A stretch of 64,000 nt of DNA from an uncultured Gammaproteobacteria bacterium (GTDB taxonomy: Bacteria > Patescibacteriota > Microgenomatia > UBA8517). Positions 19,277 through 26,202 of this stretch are shown piece by piece. Location of the stretch: assembly GCA_964540475.1 (NCBI GenBank), contig CAZIMC010000001.1:97203-161202 (forward strand), read 5' to 3'. Made by a program: the position numbers and the translations under genes. The stretch's first letter is position 1. Each line of letters opens with the position of its first letter. Below the pieces are notes generated by a model. The model ran no database searches. It was given only the letters and a program-made list of their open reading frames with translations, and was not told the origin of the DNA.

Positions 19277-19363
19277 CGGTGAGGGAGGGATTCGAACCCT
19301 CGGTAACCTTGCGGCTACACACGATCTCCAATCGTGCTCTTTAGACCACTCAGACACCTCACC
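19277..19363 (-). tRNA. tRNA-Ser (anticodon GGA), class II with long variable arm
   Basis: Reverse complement folds as GGTGAGG acceptor, 3-bp D stem, anticodon stem CACGA/TCGTG with loop TTGGAGA, long variable arm, T arm GAGGGTTCGAATCCCTC. Confidence 0.85.
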
Positions 19364-19377
19364 AGAGCTAAATTATA

Positions 19378-19896
19378 TCAAAGTTGATGGGATTTAAGCT
19401 CCAATATCTCTTTTGCCTTTTTTAAAATCTCTTTATCACCCTTAAATGTTAGTTTTGTCAAAGCTTTCTTTAATGGGAAGAATTTGGCTTGCCGGACCTC
19501 TTTGTCGTGATTATTAGTATCTCCGCCGGCATACTTCATCAAATAAAATGTGACGATTTTGAATATCTTTGCACCATCCCAGTGAAAAAAATATTTCTGG
19601 TCGGCAATCTTTTCAATTAAACTTGCTCTCACTCCACACTCCTCCGCTACTTCACGAACAGCGGTAGCCTTTGATGATTCGCCGGGGTCGATATGTCCCT
19701 TGGGAAACTGCCACCGATCGGTTCCTGCAGGATTAATAAGCAACCACTCCATTTTGGCACTGTCAGGGCTTTTTCTGAAAACAATCCCTCCAGCCGAGAA
19801 CTCTCGTTTAAGCGGGGAGCTCGGGTTCTTCCTCTTTTTTGTTTCTTGGGGATTTCTCCCAGATTTTGAGTACTTCTTTTGCATTTTTGAAAACAT
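19378..19896 (-). CDS. Nudix hydrolase
   Basis: Nudix box GHIDPGESSKATAVREVAEECG. The N-terminal K-rich extension may not be translated; overlaps the upstream Nudix gene. Confidence 0.75.
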   Translation of the reverse strand: MFSKMQKKYSKSGRNPQETKKRKNPSSPLKREFSAGGIVFRKSPDSAKMEWLLINPAGTDRWQFPKGHIDPGESSKATAVREVAEECGVRASLIEKIADQKYFFHWDGAKIFKIVTFYLMKYAGGDTNNHDKEVRQAKFFPLKKALTKLTFKGDKEILKKAKEILELKSHQL

Positions 19897-20269
19897 CCTT
19901 TTCTCGCTTTAAATGGACCGCACTACGAGCGCGGCTTAACTCCATCCATTTATAATCGCTAAATCCCAAGACTTCGCCGCCCGCTCGTTGCATCATAAGA
20001 TAATAGTAAAATTTCTGTGAGACCGTTCTACCATTAACTATGGCAGAACCAGTGGTTCTAAATGCCTCTTCCAAAACCCGTGCATTCATTCCGGCCATTT
20101 CACCGGTCATTCTTAAAGCTGCCCTAATGGAGGATTCCCCTCTTCTGACTGTCACTTTGGGTATTTCCCACTTTGCATCATCAGAGATTTTAACCACCAA
20201 AAAGGTCTTTTTCCCATTATTTTCTTTAAAAACCACTGCTCCACTTATAACTATTTGGTTATTTTTCAT
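19808..20269 (-). CDS. Nudix hydrolase
   Basis: Nudix box RRGESSIRAALRMTGEMAG. Start taken at MKNNQ (ATG complement at 20267..20269) because the listed ORF extends through the tRNA and repeat. Confidence 0.75.
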   Translation of the reverse strand: MKNNQIVISGAVVFKENNGKKTFLVVKISDDAKWEIPKVTVRRGESSIRAALRMTGEMAGMNARVLEEAFRTTGSAIVNGRTVSQKFYYYLMMQRAGGEVLGFSDYKWMELSRARSAVHLKREKDVFKNAKEVLKIWEKSPRNKKEEEPELPA

Positions 20270-20285
20270 ATTTATGTTTTCTTCT

Positions 20286-20367
20286 CGTGCGGTGAGGGTG
20301 GGATTCGTGTGCACAACTTCTCTTTGCTTGGCACTATCGAATACCACACTCAACGCGAGTCCATGTG
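20286..20367 (-). repeat. tRNA-3'-end direct-repeat module downstream of tRNA-Ser(TGA): 20-bp copy of the tRNA 3' end plus a conserved insert
   Basis: TGCGGTGAGGGTGGGATTCG at 20288..20307 repeats 20366..20385. Insert shares CTTGGCACTATCGAATACCRCACTCAACGCGAGTC and TGTGCACA with the 19197 module. Confidence 0.7.
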
Positions 20368-20456
20368 CGGTGAGGGTGGGATTCGAACCCACGGTAACGA
20401 AAATTCGCTACGTCGGTTTTCAAAACCGATGCACTAGTCCGCTATGCGACCTCACC
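20368..20456 (-). tRNA. tRNA-Ser (anticodon TGA), class II
   Basis: Reverse complement GGTGAGGTCGCATAGCGGACTAGTGCATCGGTTTTGAAAACCGACG...GGGTTCGAATCCCACCCTCACCG. Anticodon stem TCGGT/ACCGA, loop TTTGAAA. Confidence 0.85.
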
Positions 20457-20506
20457 GAGTCTGCGAGGTGAGTAGCACAAGCTTGCCTTATGCGACCTCA
20501 CCCCAA
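20443..20506 (-). repeat. 14-bp direct duplication of the tRNA-Ser(TGA) 5' end, 50 bp upstream of the gene
   Basis: TATGCGACCTCACC at 20443..20456 (tRNA 5' end, plus-strand view) and again at 20493..20506. The intervening GAGTCTGCGAG also occurs at 19267..19277. Confidence 0.6.
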
Positions 20507-20529
20507 TCTACCATTGCCGCACCTTAGAG

Positions 20530-20618
20530 CGGTAGGGACAGGATTCGAACCTGCGCGAGGGGTATTAACCCTCAAGGGTTTAGCAAACCCTCGCCTTAGA
20601 CCGCTCGGCCACCCTACC
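20530..20618 (-). tRNA. tRNA-Ser (anticodon GCT), class II
   Basis: Reverse complement GGTAGGGTGGCCGAGCGGTCTAAGGCGAGGGTTTGCTAAACCCT...GCAGGTTCGAATCCTGTCCCTACCG. Anticodon stem AGGGT/ACCCT, loop TTGCTAA. Confidence 0.85.
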
Positions 20619-20630
20619 ACAAGCGTGCAT

Positions 20631-20668
20631 ATTATACCAGAATCACCGGTTGGAACGAAGCCTTAATT
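20631..20668 (-). promoter_or_regulatory. putative sigma-70 promoter (extended -10 TGGTATAAT) for the minus-strand tRNA-Ser(GCT)/(TGA) genes
   Basis: Minus-strand TTCGTT, 17-nt spacer, TGGTATAAT, ending about 12 nt before the tRNA 5' end. Confidence 0.35.
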
Positions 20669-20680
20669 TGGGATATAATA

Positions 20681-21226
20681 ATGCGTAGCATGCCCGAGGA
20701 CTTAAGTGAGAGCACATTAAAAGAAAATGTTGTTGAGCCTATTGCAAAAACCGAGCCTGAGACTGATCTAGTTGTTTGGGTAGCGCCAGCTCGACCCTTC
20801 AAAAGGCGTAACAGACAGTTTTATGTCACCTTAATTGCCACAGCCTCGATAGTGGGGCTAGTGCTGTTCTTTGTAGAAGGATGGGTACCGGTTGTTCTTA
20901 TTATTTCTTTAATTTTTTTGTTTTATGTAATGTCAACGGTCCCCCCGGAAGATATCGAGTATAAAATTACCAATAAAGGCATAAAAATTGCAGGCAGAAG
21001 ATCAGATTGGGAAACCCTCGGCAGGTTCTGGTTTAGCAGAAGATTTGACACCAGGCTCTTGGTTATAGAGACTTATACAATTCCAGGCAGAATCGAACTG
21101 GTAATTGAGCCTTATAAAAATGAGGAGATCCAGAGCGCAATCGCTAAGTTTTTGGTGCATGAAGAAATTCCACCTTCAAACCTGGATAAGGCCGCGGTTT
21201 GGTTTGCTAAAAAACTCCCTCAATAA
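20681..21226 (+). CDS. hypothetical membrane protein (two TM helices)
   Basis: 181-aa ORF with TM stretch VTLIATASIVGLVLFFVEGWVPVVLIISLIFLFYVM. Confidence 0.45.
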   Translation: MRSMPEDLSESTLKENVVEPIAKTEPETDLVVWVAPARPFKRRNRQFYVTLIATASIVGLVLFFVEGWVPVVLIISLIFLFYVMSTVPPEDIEYKITNKGIKIAGRRSDWETLGRFWFSRRFDTRLLVIETYTIPGRIELVIEPYKNEEIQSAIAKFLVHEEIPPSNLDKAAVWFAKKLPQ

Positions 21227-21229
21227 AAA

Positions 21230-21301
21230 GCGCTCGTAGCTTAATGGATAGAGTGGCGGCTTGCGGAGCCGTTGATCCCAGTTCGAGTCTGGGCGAGCGC
21301 A
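21230..21301 (+). tRNA. tRNA-Arg (anticodon read as GCG)
   Basis: GCGCTCGTAGCTTAATGGATAGAGT...TTCGAGTCTGGGCGAGCGCA. D arm resembles bacterial tRNA-Arg; anticodon stem GCGGC/GCCGT, loop TTGCGGA. Confidence 0.75.
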
Positions 21302-21306
21302 CACAC

Positions 21307-21391
21307 GGTGGGGTGCCGGAGTGGCCAAACGGGATGGTTTCGAAAACCATATCGGTTTTCCGATACGCGAGTTCGAATCTCGCCTCCACCG
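21307..21391 (+). tRNA. tRNA-Ser (anticodon CGA), class II
   Basis: GGTGGGGTGCCGGAGTGGCCAAACGGGATGGTTTCGAAAACCAT...GCGAGTTCGAATCTCGCCTCCACCG. Anticodon stem ATGGT/ACCAT, loop TTCGAAA. Confidence 0.85.
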
Positions 21392-21447
21392 CCGCACAGG
21401 TCGCAATTTGCTTAAAGCAAATTTGGCATGCATTCTATACCCTCCGC

Positions 21448-22125
21448 CTACCTCACTACGGCTAATCCCCAAACTCGTTTTGCTCCCGCCCGTTTTAAAA
21501 CCTTTGCTGCCTCTTTAAGAGTTGAGCCAGTTGTAAAAACATCATCGAATATGATGTAGTCGGTAGATTGTAGTTTGTAGGTAGAATTAAGAGAAAACAC
21601 ATTTTTGACGTTTACTCTCCTTTCTTCCGCCATTACTTCGGTTTGCGATGGGGTAATTTTTTTCTTTATTAATAAATCCGGTATAAACTTGATCTTTAAA
21701 AAACCGGAAACTTCTCTTCCTAAAAACTCCGACTGATTAAAACCTCTCCAGTTTTGTCTTAAATACTGCAGTGGTATCGATGTTAAAACTTCAAAATCTT
21801 TCAAAACAGATGTGCTCGGGTGCCCACCAAGCGCCTTAAGTGTCAAGTTTATAATTTCCTCACCCACTTGCTTTGCAAACTTGTACTTTAAACTTATAAT
21901 TGCCCGCTTTAAAACCCCCTCATAATTCCAAAGACAACTTAGTCCATCAAGGCCAAATTTACGTTTACATTTATAATGTGTCATTCCGTCAATACTTGCA
22001 TTTTCGCAATAAGGACAAACCTGCTTGGCTGCCCGAACTTTTTCTAAGCAAACTAAGCATATGTATCTCCCCACCGCACCGCAACCTAGACATTTTTTGG
22101 GAAATAAAAGATCCAAAGCGTCCAT
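21448..22125 (-). CDS. comFC: ComF-family phosphoribosyltransferase-domain protein (ComFC-like)
   Basis: N-terminal double CxxC zinc ribbon (CLGCG...CLVCL...CPYC); C-terminal PRTase motif IIFDDVFTTGSTLKEAAKVL. Confidence 0.75.
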   Translation of the reverse strand: MDALDLLFPKKCLGCGAVGRYICLVCLEKVRAAKQVCPYCENASIDGMTHYKCKRKFGLDGLSCLWNYEGVLKRAIISLKYKFAKQVGEEIINLTLKALGGHPSTSVLKDFEVLTSIPLQYLRQNWRGFNQSEFLGREVSGFLKIKFIPDLLIKKKITPSQTEVMAEERRVNVKNVFSLNSTYKLQSTDYIIFDDVFTTGSTLKEAAKVLKRAGAKRVWGLAVVR

Positions 22126-22145
22126 TGGGGTACAATATTAAGTAT

Positions 22146-22574
22146 ATGAGAATATTTAACAAACGTGCTAGATATCTTTATCAAATCCAAGAGGCAGAAA
22201 TCGAGGCAGGTCTTGTGCTAACAGGGGCAGAGGCTAAGTCTTTGCGTGAAGGAAGAGGTGATTTAAGTCAGGCACATATTAGGTTAATTGCAGACGGACT
22301 TTATCTTATAAACGCCAATGTTCCAACAAATAATCCCCAAAACCCACCCACACGCATGAGGAAGCTGCTTTTAAATAAGCATGAAATTGTTTCTCTGACA
22401 ACCAAAATGAAGCAGCAAAAATTGATTCTCGTGCCTCTTGCGGTGTATAATAGAGGCCGGCTATTTAAGCTCGAAGTGGGTTTGGGTAAACCCAAAAGAA
22501 AGTTTGAAAAGCGCGAGTATTTAAAGGAAAAAGATTTAAAGCGCGATATCCAAAAAGAGCTTAAATTGCGATGA
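22146..22574 (+). CDS. smpB: SsrA-binding protein SmpB
   Basis: NKRARYLYQIQEAEIEAGLVLTGAEAKSLR...LLLNKHEI...KLEVGLGKPKRKFEKRE. tmRNA lies immediately downstream. Confidence 0.9.
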   Translation: MRIFNKRARYLYQIQEAEIEAGLVLTGAEAKSLREGRGDLSQAHIRLIADGLYLINANVPTNNPQNPPTRMRKLLLNKHEIVSLTTKMKQQKLILVPLAVYNRGRLFKLEVGLGKPKRKFEKREYLKEKDLKRDIQKELKLR

Positions 22575-22575
22575 T

Positions 22576-22944
22576 GGGGGCGACCGGTTTCGACGGAATG
22601 TACTTTAACAAACTGCAAGCCGAGTTTGATTCAAACTCGTAAAACAGAATCAAAACCTTAAGCGTCAATACAAAAAACGCTCCAGCTTATGCTGGCGTAA
22701 GCAATTACGCTTTCGCCTAAGCGGTGTCTTCTATTTCGCATCCTGATCGAATTAGAAAGGCATAAACCAATCGGGATCGGTTTTTGGTTGCTGGTTGTAG
22801 GCCCGAAACTTAAATACAACTAACCTTACTTTTTGGTTTCCAGTTAATCGGTTAGCCTTAAAGGAAATTGCTGGATTAACTAAGCTTGTAGTAGTTTTCT
22901 AAAGGAATTTTCGGATGAGGGTTCAATTCCCTCCGCCTCCACTC
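22576..22944 (+). ncRNA. ssrA: tmRNA (ssrA)
   Basis: 5' GGGGGCGACCGGTTTCGACGG and 3' GGTTCAATTCCCTCCGCCTCCA can form a tRNA-like acceptor. Internal tag-like reading frame ends ...NYAFA-stop. Directly follows smpB. Confidence 0.85.
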
Positions 22945-23025
22945 ACATTCGTTCGTTTCGTCTCCAGGACTTGATAGTGCCAAGATTGGTAATGCTGTGC
23001 ACGCAATTCCCTCCGCCTCCACACT
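22945..23025 (+). repeat. tmRNA-3'-end direct-repeat module: 19-bp copy of the ssrA 3' end 80 bp downstream, with the same insert motifs as the tRNA-Ser modules
   Basis: CAATTCCCTCCGCCTCCAC at 22924..22942 and at 23004..23022. Insert contains GATAGTGCCAAG (22973..22984) and TGTGCAC (22996..23002). Confidence 0.7.
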
Positions 23026-23142
23026 TCGCCCTTTTTAACAAAAGGGCTTCGCGTGGCAAGCCACCTTTCGATAAATCAAGGCTGACGCTGCAATTGTAAA
23101 GAAGTGTGTCCCGCGAAGTCTTGACGAAGTGGGACAGTTGAC

Positions 23143-23379
23143 ATGTTTTACGTATATATTCTCCAGCTAACAGAAGGTTCGTTTTACGTTGGTTACTCTA
23201 CGGATCTTGTTAAGAGAATGAAATACCATAAAACCGGGAAAGTGATATCAACAAGTAATTCGAAGTCCCTAATTCTTGTGTTTTATGCTGCCTTTAAAAA
23301 TAAATCTAAAGCTATTAACTTTGAAAAGTACCTCAAATCGAGTTCTGGCTCAGCTTTCAGAAGCAAACGGCTAATTTAA
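23143..23379 (+). CDS. small GIY-YIG nuclease-superfamily protein (COG2827-like)
   Basis: YVYILQLTEGSFYVGYSTDLVKRMKYHKTG matches the GIY...YIG motifs plus conserved R and H residues; 78 aa. Confidence 0.65.
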   Translation: MFYVYILQLTEGSFYVGYSTDLVKRMKYHKTGKVISTSNSKSLILVFYAAFKNKSKAINFEKYLKSSSGSAFRSKRLI

Positions 23380-25250
23380 AGGTGTTTGAGTTCCAGACTC
23401 TTCAAGTTTCCATTTACTAAAAATATTGCCCGTCTGGTTTTTTCTGATACAACCAAGTCGGTCGCATTTTTAAGTTCATCCACTTTGTACTGAGATTTAT
23501 AAATTCCCTTTTTATCAACCACAACCATTCTTGCAGATTGCGGATCAAGTATGTAAAGATAAGAAAGTTCCTCATTGGTATAAAGATTAACTGGATTGTT
23601 TAGTGTTTCTGTCATGGCGGTTATGGTAAAGCTTTCAGGGCTTCCCATGCCAAATTTCAATATTTTACCTGTACTAAGAAGCACCCAAACCGAACCGTCT
23701 ATAGCAAAAGAAACTGCATTTGAAAAGTCCGGATTAACTCCAGCACCAAGCCAGCGCTGCTTACCACCAAAGCTACCCTGAATGGCTGGGTACCGCCAAA
23801 CATTCCCGGACCCTTTATCTAAAACGTACAAGTTCCCAGCATATGAATACACAAAAGCCTCACCTTCCCAATCCTTTTGTATAACAACCTCCTTGCGCCC
23901 TCCAACCTCTTTTATCCCTTCCTCTATCAACAAAAACGGCCTATCCTGATAGGCTGCAACCCACGACGGGGTGGTAGTGTCTTCCGGGCCAGCAACTATT
24001 TCAGCTCTTTTACTGGAAATTGAGATACGAGCCACCTTGCGACCAGAAGCATCCATAGCAAAAATGTCTTCACCCGACGAAGCTAGGTCGCTTGCGACAA
24101 AACCACTAGAAAGTAGTCCCAAGTCAACAAAATTTTCTAATTGACCCTCGAACTCCCCCAATATTACTCCCTGGCTCTCTGCCAGTTTGCGAGACAATTC
24201 ATTAAGACGATCATCCTTAACTCCCTCTTTTTGTAAAGTATCTACAATTGCATGGCTATTTAAGTAAAGTTCTCGCGACCTTTCGGGGCTTATAGTCAAA
24301 AGGGTGCCTGCTTCATTAAAATCTTTTAGCGCCTGATTTAGACGTAGCTCGTATCGTCCTTTTGCCAAATTGACATTTCTCTGTCTTATTCCAAAGCCTA
24401 TACTTATTAAAAGCAGGAGAAGTAAGATTACGCCAACAGTAATTGTAGTTTTCTTCTTTCCTGCTTCATATTCATTTACTTGGCCGACCCTGATGGTAGA
24501 AACAGGTAATCCCCTGGGTGTTGGTATCTTAGCCAAAATCCTTTTCTTTACCAAATTTACAAAACTTTGCAGTTGATTTGTCAATACTGGCGACTTAAAT
24601 CTTTCTGCTTCAAGACTACTAATAGTCGGCGTGGCGTTGGCATGAAACAGGACGATAGCAGCCCCAACTGCTTCACCCTGGTCTTTGAAAGCAAATGACG
24701 CAAAAGAGTCTGATATGGCGTCCCTGTTTCCACTCTCCAAATTTGCTTTTAGCACTCCAGAGGGTACATTATCAAAGAACGACTTAGTGCCTAGAAGTAA
24801 TATGTCGCGATCTTTAGGATGCCCCGAAGCAGACACGAGGCTTCCGGAACCCGCTAATATGGTTGCAAGCATGCCATCCCTTAAAATAACGACTTGCCCG
24901 CCTCCCGCAACCACCGCGTAAACAACACCGTCAACAAAGGAAGATGCAATAATTTCAACTCCACCCAAGTCATTTTTGTTTTCATCCGAAATTCTCTGAA
25001 TGACACCTTTGAGTGTGTCATAAGCGGATGTCTGCTTGTCTTCGTAATATTCCTTACCAATCCTATTTAAAATATCCCTTCCCAAACTGAGAGCTCCTAC
25101 TCCACCATTTAAGAACTTGGTTGACACAATAACCATCAACACCCCGCGCGCACTTGCACTTTGCTGGCTTTCGGGCTTAAATTCATGAACCTGAACCCAA
25201 CCGGAATTGTGTTTGTTTCCGGTAATTTTGACTGAAGTAATATTAAGCAT
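23376..25250 (-). CDS. hypothetical membrane-anchored protein (one central TM helix, large C-terminal extracytoplasmic domain)
   Basis: 624-aa ORF with TM stretch TVGVILLLLLLISIGFGI; no confidently recognised domain. Confidence 0.5.
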   Translation of the reverse strand: MLNITSVKITGNKHNSGWVQVHEFKPESQQSASARGVLMVIVSTKFLNGGVGALSLGRDILNRIGKEYYEDKQTSAYDTLKGVIQRISDENKNDLGGVEIIASSFVDGVVYAVVAGGGQVVILRDGMLATILAGSGSLVSASGHPKDRDILLLGTKSFFDNVPSGVLKANLESGNRDAISDSFASFAFKDQGEAVGAAIVLFHANATPTISSLEAERFKSPVLTNQLQSFVNLVKKRILAKIPTPRGLPVSTIRVGQVNEYEAGKKKTTITVGVILLLLLLISIGFGIRQRNVNLAKGRYELRLNQALKDFNEAGTLLTISPERSRELYLNSHAIVDTLQKEGVKDDRLNELSRKLAESQGVILGEFEGQLENFVDLGLLSSGFVASDLASSGEDIFAMDASGRKVARISISSKRAEIVAGPEDTTTPSWVAAYQDRPFLLIEEGIKEVGGRKEVVIQKDWEGEAFVYSYAGNLYVLDKGSGNVWRYPAIQGSFGGKQRWLGAGVNPDFSNAVSFAIDGSVWVLLSTGKILKFGMGSPESFTITAMTETLNNPVNLYTNEELSYLYILDPQSARMVVVDKKGIYKSQYKVDELKNATDLVVSEKTRRAIFLVNGNLKSLELKHL

Positions 25251-25472
25251 CTATAGCGCGATCAGTGCCACCAAAAACACCAGTACTGCAAAGGCGAGAT
25301 GGATGTAGGACAAAAACCTGATTGGTGCTTCAAATCCCACCTCTACAGTTTCTGTCATTAGTTGCACCTGCCTAATTACCACAAGCGCAAAAACAAGGTA
25401 TAAAACCAGAGCAAAGAGAATAAAAAGTTTTGCAACTGAAAGGAGAGACACGCCAATTAACGGTACCTCCAC
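25251..25472 (-). CDS. small membrane protein
   Basis: 73 aa with two hydrophobic helices; start codon adjoins the stop of the upstream gene. Confidence 0.4.
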   Translation of the reverse strand: MEVPLIGVSLLSVAKLFILFALVLYLVFALVVIRQVQLMTETVEVGFEAPIRFLSYIHLAFAVLVFLVALIAL

Positions 25473-26158
25473 TATCTTACCCTCCCCTCTATCTTTTCCT
25501 GTTCTTCTTCAATTCTTAACTGCTGCAAAATACGGCTTACCTGATCTGGTTTAGGAACTGCCAGAAAATCAAATGTCGGAACCTCAGCAGCGGTTTGAAT
25601 ATGCACATCGCCATAATTAAAGATAGTTCTAATTACTCCACCCATTTTGTACGTAACATCCTGGATTCGGTCGATATTTGCATCTGAAATTTCTTTATAA
25701 ATCAAATTATAGAAATCTATATCGACAATCCGCTCGTCGGTTATTATGTTTACGTTAAAAAACCAGGTCAAAAAACTTTCCAGAACAAAAGCAGTAGTAA
25801 TCAAATACCACCCCAAAACAACAACAAATTGAAAATTAGCCGGTAAAAACGCAATGATCGGAAAAAAAGTTAATAATAAAGGTGCAAGTAGCATTAAAAT
25901 AGCAATTGATATCCAGGATAGATTTGTAATCGGATGTTTTCTTAATAGCAAAACAACACGTTCTTCACTGTCTTTGTTTTCAAAATCCACACTATCGGGT
26001 AAATAACAGTAGGCTGCCAGTGGGTTATGTGTGTGCCCGGGGCTCTCCTCTATTTGGGTTTTGATTTTTGGCACCACTCGAGCTTGCACGGTTTTACTGC
26101 TCGTACTACTTTTTTCTTTTGTCTTTGTGGTGTCTCTAGAGATGAAAATGTCAGGCAT
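25472..26158 (-). CDS. membrane protein with bacterial PH (bPH_2/YdbS-like) domain
   Basis: Two TM helices followed by ITDERIVDIDF...FDFLAVPKPDQV, typical of bPH_2. Confidence 0.5.
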   Translation of the reverse strand: MPDIFISRDTTKTKEKSSTSSKTVQARVVPKIKTQIEESPGHTHNPLAAYCYLPDSVDFENKDSEERVVLLLRKHPITNLSWISIAILMLLAPLLLTFFPIIAFLPANFQFVVVLGWYLITTAFVLESFLTWFFNVNIITDERIVDIDFYNLIYKEISDANIDRIQDVTYKMGGVIRTIFNYGDVHIQTAAEVPTFDFLAVPKPDQVSRILQQLRIEEEQEKIEGRVR

Positions 26159-26202
26159 CTTAGGGAGATTGTATCACTTTGAACTAAAAACCTAAAGTCA
26201 AA

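Noticed and set aside
19104-19397. ORFs 19104..19397 (+) and 19110..19331 (-) in the six-frame track
   Set aside because: They lie across tRNA-Ser(GGA) and its repeat module. Their translations are read-through of structural RNA sequence.
20040-20471. ORFs 20040..20471 (+), 20255..20437 (+) and the N-terminal 41 codons of ORF 19808..20392 (-)
   Set aside because: They overlap tRNA-Ser(TGA), the repeat module, or the antisense strand of the Nudix gene. The Nudix start was reset to MKNNQ at 20269.
21176-21518. ORFs 21176..21472 (-), 21207..21389 (-), 21244..21465 (+), 21321..21518 (+)
   Set aside because: All cover tRNA-Arg and tRNA-Ser(CGA). No coding signal is needed to explain the open frames.
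21900-22145. Upstream extension of the smpB reading frame (listed ORF 21900..22574)
   Set aside because: The first 82 codons are antisense to comFC and do not resemble SmpB. The conserved SmpB N-terminus starts at the ATG at 22146.
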